Positions 30,496 to 41,300 of a DNA stretch of 64,000 nucleotides are shown piece after piece (position 1 is the first letter of the stretch; each line of letters opens with the position of its first letter). The notes beneath the pieces are model-generated. The model was given only the letters and a program-made list of their open reading frames with translations, was not told where the DNA came from and did not search any database. Source of the DNA: Porphyridium purpureum (lineage: Eukaryota); contig VRMN01000001.1 in the NCBI GenBank assembly GCA_008690995.1, positions 992,001 through 1,056,000 of the forward strand, in the 5' to 3' direction. The position numbers and the translations under genes are program-made.

Positions 30496-31785
30496 CTACG
30501 AGATCACATTGTAGTTGGCCCTCGCGCTGCGCCTCATTGAAAAGGCGGTTGCCGCGGCTCCAATGACAAGCCCAGTCAGCATCGTGACAACGAGCGATCC
30601 CCAATGTAACATTGAAGCAGACGTGCCATGCCCGGCCGCGCTTTCAGCCATCTGCTCAAGCTCGAGCTGGAAATTCAAGTCATCGTTCTCGGAAGCCCGC
30701 GGCTTTTCACGCAATCCGAACATTCCTCCAACCACTTGGCCCTCACGGAGCGACTGCTCCTCCTTCCAGTCCGGCACTGTGAACCAGCAGTCCTCTTCAA
30801 TGAGCATGTGATTTTCCCCACGCAGGATCTTGAAAAAGCCATTGTCGCCCCAATAAGAGCCCCAGCTGTTACGAGCCTGCCAAAATTTAACTCCTTCTTT
30901 TGTCTTGCCCCAGCCTGTCACCTCAACGACGTGATTCGAATTCTTCATGTTATTCTTGCGCGTCCAGACGCCGCCAGTATAATTATAATCAAACACGTCG
31001 TCCGTGGCGAGCGAGCAAGCCACCGGCCCGCGTTCAAAAATCTCAGTCATGATTGCGGCCTCGTCCTGCGGGATGAGACCATACTCGCGCAAGAAGTACT
31101 TGACGTACTTTTTCACCGGCCAGCACTTGTTATTCTCCATGACCGGCTCGGCGTACGCCATGCAGTTCATGCACATGGCTTCAGCATCGCACTTCTTGGT
31201 CGCCTTGGCCACCCAGTGATTGCAGGTTTCATCTGGAAGCCCGACCTTGTGCATAAAGTCGTAGACCTCCTGCGAGGTGCCGCCATTGCATCCCTCGGAG
31301 CCTCCGCCGGCGTTTTTCCCAACTGCGTCGGAAATGCAGTTGAGAAGCGCCTGTCGCGAAAGCATAATGTCTGGCCCCAGCCCCTTCTTTGCGATTTTGA
31401 TGCGGTCCTGTGCGGCGCTGAGCGACCCATGAATGTAGCACGCGCCGCAGTAGCGCTCGATGTGCTGGTTCCAATTCGGGACGAGGAAGTTCTGCCCCCT
31501 CACATTGGACCAATCGAACGCCTCGGGCATGCTATCGATGGACTTTGCCGGGACCGGCTTTGCATTCGCGTACGCCGGCGCACTCGCATGCTTGCGCACG
31601 CGCGTCTGCCGATCCTCGAGAAGCAGCCCTTCGCGCGAAACCAGGGCGCCATCGGGCGTTCCCCAGTCGCGGCCGCGACGCAGCACCTCCACGTCACGCC
31701 ATCCCTCCTGCTGGTGCTCGTCCGCACACACGCCTACCACCACCAAAACCCCCACCACAGCCGTCACCACCACCGCCGTCAACAT
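30496..31785 (-). CDS. Cathepsin X/Z-like papain-family cysteine protease with signal peptide and C-terminal TM segment
   Basis: NQHIERYCGACY (cathepsin X mini-loop), DRIKIA, NHVVEVTGWG, RNSWGSYWG. First in-frame ATG is 31785. Confidence 0.88.
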   Translation of the reverse strand: MLTAVVVTAVVGVLVVVGVCADEHQQEGWRDVEVLRRGRDWGTPDGALVSREGLLLEDRQTRVRKHASAPAYANAKPVPAKSIDSMPEAFDWSNVRGQNFLVPNWNQHIERYCGACYIHGSLSAAQDRIKIAKKGLGPDIMLSRQALLNCISDAVGKNAGGGSEGCNGGTSQEVYDFMHKVGLPDETCNHWVAKATKKCDAEAMCMNCMAYAEPVMENNKCWPVKKYVKYFLREYGLIPQDEAAIMTEIFERGPVACSLATDDVFDYNYTGGVWTRKNNMKNSNHVVEVTGWGKTKEGVKFWQARNSWGSYWGDNGFFKILRGENHMLIEEDCWFTVPDWKEEQSLREGQVVGGMFGLREKPRASENDDLNFQLELEQMAESAAGHGTSASMLHWGSLVVTMLTGLVIGAAATAFSMRRSARANYNVIS

Positions 31786-31924
31786 CCTCCTCCTTCCTCC
31801 CCTTCCCCCGACGTCGCCCACCCCCCGCCATTACTGCCACCACGCCCTGCCTTATCCAACCGTGTACCTTTCATAAACCATCCCACTGTACCCTAGATTC
31901 CCCCACATCACCGCAGACCCTGTA

Positions 31925-33474
31925 CACTCCTGGCCAAGATGGTTGTCCCAGGTGCAATGTCAAGGTCTGAACTCCAGTTTTATAGTAAAAACGAGCGTTT
32001 TCATATGAAATCAATGTTTATACCTTTTTTTAACATATTTTTGTTCCTTAGGTCAGAGGTAAGCGCGCGCTTTTGCGGGACCCCATGAGGCCATGAAGGG
32101 GTTCAAGACATGTGAAAGAAGACTAACGCATCTACTGCACTCGGGCATACGATCGCGACCAAGTCCAGCAACCGCAAGCATCGGAAACATGGCACCACGG
32201 CTCTCCGACTTCGAGAAAGGCCAGATTGACGCTCTGCACCGGCTCTGTCTGACGCCGCGGGCCATTGCAGCACGTCTTCGTCCGCGACCAGACAAGACCC
32301 GACCATCGTACAAGACTGTGGAGCGATTTCTGAAGAATCGAGGAAGGAAAAGGGTTTCCAAGAAGCCCGGACCGGCACGGACAATATCGCCGAAATTGGA
32401 GCGTCGCCTGATTCGGCACGTCATTACGGATAGGTTGACGTCTGCACAGGCAGTGACGGAGCTGCAGCTTGCGTGCAGTGCGAGAACTGTTCGTCGTATC
32501 CTGCAGAGATCACCAGAGGTTCGTATTATCGCGCAGAGGCGAAAGTTCTTCATTTCGGAAAAGAACCGAGTCAAGCGGCTTGCATTTGCTCGAGAATACG
32601 TCCACAAGCCGCTATCGTTTTGGAAGAATGTCATCTTCTCGGATGAAAAGATCTTTCGGCTGGACGGGCCACACGGGTACAACAAGACTTATCAGCGAAC
32701 GCGAGGCCCTGAGCCCGCGCCAACCATGCGTCGCCATAGTGGCGGAGGATCCGCAATGTTTTGGGGTGCCATGTCGTGGCACGGACTGAGTACGTTGCAT
32801 CGTGTTCAAGGCTCGCTGAATGCCGAGCGATATCGGCAGGTTATGCTGAACGTCATGATGCCCTGGGCACTGGAACTGCCTTGGCGCCTTGATCAGCCGG
32901 ATTGTCCATTCATATTTCAGCAAGATAATGCGCCCGGACATGCAGCGCTGAGCACGCGCGAGCTGTTTGACACGGTCGGAATCGCACTACTTGATTGGCC
33001 AGCGCGGTCGCCGGACTTGAATCCAGTTGAGAATCTGTGGGCGATCGTTTCTCGCCGTGTGCATTGGCAAGGACGCCAGTTTATGCGCCTCGATGACATG
33101 CTTCCAGTTATCTATGGCTGCTGGCGAACGGAAGCGCCAAAGTATGTTGAGGCACTTTTCGAGAGCATGCCCCGTCGCCTGCAAGCTTGCATCGACGCCG
33201 GTGGCCGTCAAACCAAGTACTAGTTTCGTTACTACAGTTAAATCTCTTCTCATAAGCGTGTTTGTCCTCATCAACCTGTTTTATTGTTTTTCTCTTTTTC
33301 GGCACTTCTCACACCTGTTGTTTTGTTCTACGATACCTTTGGACGCCCCTACCCATTTTCCGTGCCGCTGATTCTTTTCGTGCCATCAAAACAGACGACA
33401 ACCTAGTCGAAAAGCCGAGTTATTCACAAAAAACTTCATTTAATCCTGTGGGACAACTAACTTGGCCAGGACTG
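31925..33474 (+). mobile_element. Intact Tc1/mariner-superfamily transposon (1550 bp)
   Basis: 26-bp TIRs at 31925-31950 (CACTCCTGGCCAAGATGGTTGTCCCA) and 33449-33474, with 3 mismatches. TA flanks at 31923-31924 and 33475-33476. Confidence 0.95.
32189..33223 (+). CDS. Tc1-type DD34E transposase
   Basis: N-terminal HTH region, FSDEK, QQDNAPGH and WPARSPDLNPVENLW. 34 residues lie between the second D and E; there are no disruptions. Confidence 0.95.
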   Translation: MAPRLSDFEKGQIDALHRLCLTPRAIAARLRPRPDKTRPSYKTVERFLKNRGRKRVSKKPGPARTISPKLERRLIRHVITDRLTSAQAVTELQLACSARTVRRILQRSPEVRIIAQRRKFFISEKNRVKRLAFAREYVHKPLSFWKNVIFSDEKIFRLDGPHGYNKTYQRTRGPEPAPTMRRHSGGGSAMFWGAMSWHGLSTLHRVQGSLNAERYRQVMLNVMMPWALELPWRLDQPDCPFIFQQDNAPGHAALSTRELFDTVGIALLDWPARSPDLNPVENLWAIVSRRVHWQGRQFMRLDDMLPVIYGCWRTEAPKYVEALFESMPRRLQACIDAGGRQTKY

Positions 33475-33806
33475 TACCCTCTCCCTTTCTCCCTTTCTCC
33501 CTTCCTGCGTGGCTATCAATATTCTGCCCGTTTGGTATAGACCATGTAGGAACCCTAGGCGGTGCGGTGTGTTGCGACCGATTCGATACTGCGCGCTGGC
33601 GGTGTGCTATGCAAGGGCACACACACGCGCGTAGAAGCGTGTGTGGGTGTGTGATGAAGTGGATACTGAAACGTGCATGTTTTAGTAGAACGGTCGCGCG
33701 CCTAGACAAATGGCGAAGAGGCGGGGTAGGGGGGCCATACACTGCGGATAGAAGCACACCGAAGGAACAGGTTGGCGCGTGGGTGTGTGTGCAGTGTGAG
33801 CGGCGG

Positions 33807-33829
33807 GTGTGTGTGTGTGTGTGTGTGTG
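33807..33829. repeat. (TG)n microsatellite upstream of the kinase gene
   Basis: Directly visible. Confidence 0.9.
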
Positions 33830-34014
33830 GGATGGTTGGGATAACGAGGGTTTTGAGGGAACACGTGGGGAGTGTTGAGTATGTGTGGTAAGAGAGAGAC
33901 AAGGAGAGAGTTTGCGCTGGGTAGGGGGTGGGTGGTGGTGGGGGGTCGGTGCGGACGGGGGGGAGAAGGAGGTCGGGCTGGGCTGCTTCTCGGACTGGGG
34001 GAAAGGCGGAGGAT

Positions 34015-37000
34015 ATGGAGGAGAGCGGGGAGACGCTGCCGCTGCATGCATCGGGCCACCTTGTGCAGAAGCAGCTGTCGTTACTGGAGGCCGTGTCGGT
34101 GTCGCCGCGCGAGCAAATAGCTCGGTCCGCGTCGCAGATGGGCGCGCTCGCGGCAGGTGAAGTGGAGCTGGCCGCCTCGGAGGCCGGGCATGAGAATGTG
34201 CGTATGACGCTCCAGAGCCGGCGCATGCACGAGGAGCAACCGCCGCAGGCTGACATGCAAGTGCCCCCTGCGGATGGAGAGCAAGAGACATCATTCCCGT
34301 CCTCGCCAGTGCCGAATCTGAGTTCCGTGCGAAATGCTGCGAACTCGCCCCAATCTATGCGCACCGAACAGAGCGGACCGCTCTCATCTTCTGGTCAGGC
34401 AGAGGCTTCGCCGATGAGGAATACAAACTTATCAGCTGCAGCAGTTCCGAGAGGAAATCTAAGTGCAGCGTCTCGTCTGCAATGGGACGTGAAATTCTCG
34501 GCCCTGCAAGCGCCGAAAACCAATGGAATTGGAAGGAGCGGACAGTTCTGCACGCATGACTCGGGCCTATCGCAGCAATGGAGACACTGTGATTCAACGT
34601 GTTCAGGGGAGACCACTCCGAGTTCAAAACTAGGAGGACAGACTGTGTTATCCGATCCAGCGCAAATATTTGGAGCGGGAGCGCCTCTTCGCAAGTCCAA
34701 ATCTGAGGCCAGGGTATCCGATTCTGTGTCGTCCGCAAGAAATGCAAGGCGAGGGCGTGAAAGACTTCCCGACATTCAACTTCAGGCCACAGACTCAGAG
34801 CAGCAAAAACGTGGGAATGTGCCCCCGTGCTTCCCGTGTGCGGACGAACGGTCATCGGAACTCACGACGACGAAGGCGGTGCAAGGCCGCATGAGCGATG
34901 ACGACCACGGAATCAGCGAAGATTCGGGCGTAGTGTTAGTGCCCATGCAATTAGAAGTGACCGAGTTGCGCCTCATTCAAGCGGAATACCAGAAGTATGC
35001 GCTCGACTCGCGCGGTCTGGACCGCGAACAGTTCGCCCAAGTGGTTGGAAACAGCTGGGGCCCTACGTATGCTGCGGATGCGGAGACATGCTTTGATTTA
35101 TTCGACGTGGACAAGTCCGGTTACCTAACACTTCGCGAATTTGTCTGCGGGTATGCAGTTCTGTGTCGCGGGAGCACGGAACAGCGAGTCCGCTACTTGT
35201 TTAGCATGTTTGACGAATCAGGCGATGGTATGCTGCACCCATCTGAGCTATTCAAAGTTATGTCTTTACTGCACAAGCTTGCTCGACGGGTAGCTTTTGC
35301 GCAGGGAAAGGCGGTATTGGAGCGCAAGTTTTCATTAGGCTCTTCACCGGAGCATTCTCAGCTTGTATTTCGTTCGGACTCTGTGCCTGACGGGGACTGC
35401 ATTGATGTGGAAAGTGCGTTTCGGCGTGTCGCTGGCTCTCGAAATACGATGCAGTTTTCTGAGTTTTACAAGTTGTGCACGGAGGATCTGGAAATGAGCT
35501 CATGGCTGGATGAGCTGTCATTCGTGGCTGACGAACATTTGAAGACTCTGCGACGTACAAAGGAGCACGAAATGATTTCGCTCGAGCTCGAGCGCATGGG
35601 TTTGCTCGATCCTGTGGTAAATGTACCGGCCACTTTGCAAGCGTCGCCTGGTTTGAAACACGCTCAGAATCAGATCACTTCTTCGGACGATGAGCGCGAC
35701 GCCCACACCGGTGCAAGTAGTGGGAGCGGTGTCGGCAGCGGAAGTGCGTCATACCTTAATGGTGATTTCAAGCCACAGGCTGGTGGTCCACTGAGCGCGA
35801 ATTTTGGACATTTGAAGAGAGAAAACTCGACGGCTTCCTCGGCGTCCATTGACCTCGACTTGTCGGTGCCTAATATGCATTATGATAGCCGCGATCTGTC
35901 GAGGAACGGCTCCGTGGCTGCTCTGAATCGTTCGATGGACTCAACGAGTAGTTTGACTCTTGCTCACCATACCTCGTCATCGTTGAAGGCACCCCACTAT
36001 GGGCCTACGTTGGTTGTGCGGCGCGCCATGAATGCCAATTCCATAACTGAGTCGCCCTTCGCGATTGATTATGATAGTCTGCGCCTCAAGAAGATTATCG
36101 GCAAGGGCTCATTTGCGACAGTGTGGGCGGCCGAATGGTTGCACATGCCCGTTGCTGTGAAGGTCTTTCACGACCAGGACGACGACGACACTGCGTCACT
36201 CGACGACAACCATAGGGAAGCTGGGAGCGATGGGCTTGCCGACGCGCGTGCTGCTGAGCGAAGGAAGGACGCGCGCGCGCGTCGCTACGCGTCCTACTTG
36301 CGCGAGATTGAGTTGCTGTCTCAGCTGCGGCATCCGAATGTGCTTTTGTACATGGGTGCCTGCCTTTCGGTAGACAGGCCGTTCTGCATCGTAACCGAGC
36401 TCTACAACGGTGGATCCGTGTACGATCTCTTACAGGAACACCGTCTGAAGATCAAGGAATCGTTGCGCGCTGCTGTGACTTCAGGGTCGGAAAATGGAGC
36501 TCAGAGCAGCGGGGCGTCACAAGCACGCGATCATATGAAGAATAACAGTAGCAGCAGCAGCGGCGGCGGCGGCACGGGAACTGTGGGTCGGCGATACTTC
36601 GGACCAGTGGAAGCGCTGAACCTGGCGCTCGGCGTGGCGCGGGGTATGCTCTATTTGCATTCGTCAAGCCCAGTCATTCTGCATCGCGACCTCAAGACGT
36701 CTAACATTTTGCTCGACCGGCATCGTAGCCACTGTGTAATCTGCGACTTTGGCCTGTCGCGCATTGGTGAGCGGTCTGGCCAGGCATCGGCAAGCCTGTC
36801 GGCCCACGGCGCGACCGCAGTGGGCACTGCGTATACGATGGCACCCGAAATTATGGAAGGCAACGTCTATACGCCTGCTGCAGACGTATACTCCTTTGGC
36901 ATAGTGTTTTGGGAGATCTGGACGTGTCGCATGCCCTTTGAAGGACTCAAGCCCATCCAGCTAATGTTTCAGGTCTACTCAGAGGACCTGCGGCCCGACT

Positions 37001-37839
37001 TTGAGGAGGAGGACCATTTTCATCCGCTCATATCTGAGCTGATTCGGCGCTGCTGGCACGCCGATCAGCGCGCACGCCCAACATTTGGCGAGATTCTGGA
37101 CATTCTAGAAAGCGAGCGTCTGCACGAAGAAATTGAAAGCTTGAGCCGCACATTGAAAGCGTCGGCCGAATTGGTGGAGATGAATGGCAGTGGTGACTTG
37201 ATGGAGACTGTGACGCAAGGTAATGTTGAAGGGCTGCGGAAACTGCTTAACGCCGGGGTGCCACCCTCGTTACCAGACTACGATAGGCGTACACCACTTC
37301 ATATTGCAGCGGCCGAGGGGCGCCTCGATATTGCGAAGCTTCTTGTCGAAAGCGGTGCAAACGTGAATGCGCGTGACCGGTGGGGTAGCTCGCCTCTGCA
37401 GGATGCTGAGCGCGAGAACAGGTCAGAAATGATTGCATTTTTGAAAGAGAGCGGTGCCGTGGAGTTTCCTTCGCAGCATGGCATGTTCAATCCGACATAT
37501 TTGCTCTCGCTCCAGCTCATGGGCACCATTCATGAAGGTTCAATCCCGGATATTGAGTCATTGCTGGCCATGGGCGCGAGCGTAACTTTTGAGGATTACG
37601 ATCACCGGACGCCGCTGCACGTTGCTGCGTCGGAAGGGCGCGCAGACGTGGTCAAGTTGCTTATTGAACGTGGCGCGGATATTTCTGCTGTCGATCGATG
37701 GGGGTCGACGCCCTTGCAAGATGCGCAACGTGTAGGCCATCGCCAGATTGCGCTCTTGATCGAAGTTGCGAGCGACAAGTCGAATTTGTCAAAACTGGGC
37801 TCCCGTCTGCCGGTTGCGCTGGGTTCGAGCGCAAGGTAA
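34015..37839 (+). CDS. EF-hand + tyrosine-kinase-like (Raf/MAP3K-like) kinase + C-terminal ankyrin repeats
   Basis: EF hands DVDKSGYLTLRE and DESGDGMLHPSE; kinase motifs GKGSFA, VAVK, HRDLKTSN, DFG, APE; two DYDxRTPLH ankyrin modules. Confidence 0.92.
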   Translation: MEESGETLPLHASGHLVQKQLSLLEAVSVSPREQIARSASQMGALAAGEVELAASEAGHENVRMTLQSRRMHEEQPPQADMQVPPADGEQETSFPSSPVPNLSSVRNAANSPQSMRTEQSGPLSSSGQAEASPMRNTNLSAAAVPRGNLSAASRLQWDVKFSALQAPKTNGIGRSGQFCTHDSGLSQQWRHCDSTCSGETTPSSKLGGQTVLSDPAQIFGAGAPLRKSKSEARVSDSVSSARNARRGRERLPDIQLQATDSEQQKRGNVPPCFPCADERSSELTTTKAVQGRMSDDDHGISEDSGVVLVPMQLEVTELRLIQAEYQKYALDSRGLDREQFAQVVGNSWGPTYAADAETCFDLFDVDKSGYLTLREFVCGYAVLCRGSTEQRVRYLFSMFDESGDGMLHPSELFKVMSLLHKLARRVAFAQGKAVLERKFSLGSSPEHSQLVFRSDSVPDGDCIDVESAFRRVAGSRNTMQFSEFYKLCTEDLEMSSWLDELSFVADEHLKTLRRTKEHEMISLELERMGLLDPVVNVPATLQASPGLKHAQNQITSSDDERDAHTGASSGSGVGSGSASYLNGDFKPQAGGPLSANFGHLKRENSTASSASIDLDLSVPNMHYDSRDLSRNGSVAALNRSMDSTSSLTLAHHTSSSLKAPHYGPTLVVRRAMNANSITESPFAIDYDSLRLKKIIGKGSFATVWAAEWLHMPVAVKVFHDQDDDDTASLDDNHREAGSDGLADARAAERRKDARARRYASYLREIELLSQLRHPNVLLYMGACLSVDRPFCIVTELYNGGSVYDLLQEHRLKIKESLRAAVTSGSENGAQSSGASQARDHMKNNSSSSSGGGGTGTVGRRYFGPVEALNLALGVARGMLYLHSSSPVILHRDLKTSNILLDRHRSHCVICDFGLSRIGERSGQASASLSAHGATAVGTAYTMAPEIMEGNVYTPAADVYSFGIVFWEIWTCRMPFEGLKPIQLMFQVYSEDLRPDFEEEDHFHPLISELIRRCWHADQRARPTFGEILDILESERLHEEIESLSRTLKASAELVEMNGSGDLMETVTQGNVEGLRKLLNAGVPPSLPDYDRRTPLHIAAAEGRLDIAKLLVESGANVNARDRWGSSPLQDAERENRSEMIAFLKESGAVEFPSQHGMFNPTYLLSLQLMGTIHEGSIPDIESLLAMGASVTFEDYDHRTPLHVAASEGRADVVKLLIERGADISAVDRWGSTPLQDAQRVGHRQIALLIEVASDKSNLSKLGSRLPVALGSSAR

Positions 37840-38335
37840 TCGGTGTCCGTGGAGGCTCAGCATGTGTGCGTGGGTGCGTGTAAATATGTTTGTATAGTAA
37901 ATGTTAGCCATCGCGCATTCCTCAACTGCACCGGATGTTTCTGAGTGTTCGGACCAAACGACTCGAGCTCCCTGTTCCGTACAATGTCTCCCAAGTCTCG
38001 CCAATGATCACGTGTCAGGATGTTTACGTTTGGCAATAGCTAGGCTATCGCGCATACTTTTCTCGCAACGCGCTCGGTTCTGCACACTTTCGCGATACCA
38101 GCTCGCTTTCTCCTCTGACAGCGAATCTGCTGCCTGTTGCTTCACAAAAAATACTTAAAACCTCGTCAAGAAGGTATTTTGCTCACAAGAAGACTTTCCA
38201 AATGATTGCTTGTCGAGGCCTTCATTGAACGGGCAAGGCTTCGTGTAAAAGTGACCGCCCGTATGCACAGCCGCCGAGGGATTCCCAACATCATGAAGAG
38301 CAAGTCTCTTCTGGTCACCGCCCCGTCACGAGCAA

Positions 38336-41300
38336 TCATGTTTGCGGTCGACGTGGGAAAGTTCCTGTCTCAATCTGCTTCAGCGTTTCGCGGATAACTT
38401 TCACAACGTCTGGAGACTCGTGGGGAACCAAGAAGGTTTTCTTCTCGTCCGCCTTGGCGTAGCGATAGTGTGCAAGAAAAGAATCCGTGCCGGGCAAGTA
38501 TGACTCGGTGCAGACAGGGCGCTGAAACTTGTAAGCACCGTGCTGATTCGTGTAAAAAGTAGTCTCGTTTGCAATGAAAATTGCCTTGGATTCGCCTCGG
38601 ATCGAACCAGCGACCTTGTTCCGCCGCTGCTTGTACTGTTCTGTGATCAAATATGGACGCTCGTGGGCAGGAAGCTCACCGGCTTCATCAATCGCGCGAG
38701 ACGTGCGCGGATCGAATTCGTAGTACCTCCATCGAAGGCGAAGTTGACATGCAACTCGTCCACCATCGCTGCGACGCATTCGGCTGCGCCAAACGGACCA
38801 AAACTTTGCCAGTGGCGTCTCAGTACTGCTCGACGAGTTGTCAATTCTGCGTGCATTGTCGATTCCACTCATGTGCATTCGTGCTGCCCCACCCGCGCCA
38901 ATGTCGTCAAAGAACAGAAACTCGTCCACGTCCGAAATGAGGAAGAGTCGGTGATACTTGGCAAAACGATCAACGTGTGCTGAGAAAACTGTGCGCTGAT
39001 GGTCCCTCATCCGGTCGATCTCGTTTGGAATAGGTCCCTTCAGCCGCATCCAAAACTGCGGTCGCTCCGAAAGGATTCGATTACGGAAGGTTTGCAAGAT
39101 CCGCAGCCGTCCAGTTTGCATAAATTTGTGGAGCTGTGCCACTAGCTCCGCCGTTTGCGTCGCATTTCCATCAACGTACACCGTAATGTCGTTGAAGCCA
39201 ATATAGAGATGATATGCGAGCCATTCTTCGATCCTTTCCTCGGAAGTGGGCTGTCGATTTGCGTATGCATTTGTCGCGTAGCCAAGCTGAATCATCGTCA
39301 CGAGCGCAAAGTTTTTCTCCAAGTGAGGACCTCTGGGTGCAAGCATTCCCAAATCGGGATCCCACTCACATAATGTCATCTCGTGCGCCGGCTTGACCGC
39401 CAGGTTGGGCTCCATCAGGCGCATGATTTCTTCTGCTTTTGGGTCTAAAAGCAATGTTGACTTGAGGACTTTTCCGATATTGCATTTTCTGTCCATAGCC
39501 GTCAGGACAAAAGAGTCGCAGTGATAACCGTACCAAGTCTCTGGGTAAGTATCTCCTTCGCCGCGGTAGCTGTAAGGCAGCGGATCGAGGTGACAAGATA
39601 ACAAACTTGCCCTTTTGTCTGCGCCCAATCTCAGTTGGAAAGGAAGTCCGTGATTCAACCAAGAGAGTCGCCCCTGGTCGAATGGCCCTCTGTACTTGAG
39701 AAGAAAATGTACAGAAAACTCGGCCGTCTCCACCGCAAGATCTTCCTCTGCAGCGGACATTCCGCGATTGCCACCGCTGGGGACGCGAACCAAGTATGCA
39801 TCAAGCAGAAAGATTTCGCGGGTGTCGCCTGAAACTCCCCACTGCACGAGCGGCTCCATTTTGCCAAAGTCTCCCGGATGAGAACAGCGAGTCATGGATG
39901 ATGCTCTGTGATCGTAGGGAATGCGAACATCTTTTCTTCGCTCAAATACTTGACCATTCGGATAAAGCTGTTCGCGAGTCATGAATGGAGATGTGCTCCT
40001 AATCGGTACTACCGTTCCCGCCAAGCGAGCATGAAGCAAATTCATCTGGACTGGACCAGATACGCGATGCGACAACATGAATCCTAATACCTTCCATGCC
40101 ACGTTGCCCAGCACATCCCATCTTCTGGCAAAAGATGACTTGGTCTGCTGACTTTTCGGCTTGTGTGCCAGTGCCGAGAAAACGGCGATGGAAGCGTTGG
40201 CTACCGGCCATGAGATCACCTCGCAATATTTCTCAAACATTTTTGCCGAACCATTCTGGATTCCAGGAGGATCAGCTACGCGAGATTTACGTAGAAGGAC
40301 AAGACTTGCTTGTGGATCATCCTCTACGGACTCAAGCTCTGATGAGGAAGCAGGCGTGGATGTGTAGACTTCTTCAATTAGTTTTGCATCCGCTATCGCA
40401 CTCACGTTCGGATGGAGAAGCACTTCCGACAGTCTTATTCCACAGCATGGCGCTGAGGTGCATTTGTGGGCTCTTTTCTGTTCACTGAGCTCAAAAAATG
40501 CACTGAGAGCCGAACCTGTACCATTGTGGATTAGATTGTCGATCACCAAGTACCGATCCGGAGACAGCACACCCAGGTAGTCATAATAGCTGCCAAATCG
40601 ATCCAAATGTACTGCAACAATTGCTTCTTCGATCACATGCTTCGCAATCGTAAGCATCTGTCCTTCCCCTTCGACGCCACGACTCCGCGACAGCCAACCC
40701 CTGCCCATTGATACGCAAGTCACAAAATCCTGCTCTTTCAAACTACTGACTCCATCCTGCGCAGTCGACTTCTGTCGAAGCTTCCATTTCAGATTTTCAC
40801 ACGTTCCAATTACATAAATGTAGACATGATGGAAGCCCAAAGTCAGGTGATAGCTGAGCCATTCTTCGAGTCGCCATCCCATCCAGTCGGTCAGCGCTTC
40901 GAATGCAGATGTGCTACTGTTTACACTTGGCTCATCAAATTCAGAATCAACGACCGTGGCAAGCGTATAGCTGACGTTCGAGCGCGGCGGACCTATGTTG
41001 TCATCCCATTCGCACAGAATGACGTCAACTTTTGGTGCCCGAAGAACTGTTAGGGCAGAATTTACCTGTAATTGCGCCCCTTCGGAGTGTAGCTGAATGG
41101 AGAAAGGCAGCTTCACACTCTCGTTTGCTGTTGCCTGGTTCACCTGAACCCCTTGGCAGTGATACAAAAAAAAGCCTTCTCGTGTTTCGGTGTCGCCTTG
41201 TATGAAGTCTTTGTGACGGCCAGCATTAGTATTGCTTCGGGAGCAATTTAACTCGTCATTGTGAGGGGGCCGCTCCATTCTCTTCGACTGGACCCTCATT

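Noticed and set aside
30628..31896. 422-aa plus-strand ORF, and similar ORFs at 7431-8216 and 53595-54323
   Set aside because: Antisense shadows of well-supported genes in GC-rich coding DNA.
31885..33480. ACTGTACCCT at 31885 and 33471 as a longer target duplication
   Set aside because: The second copy overlaps the TIR end, and the TA TSD already explains the boundaries; probably chance.
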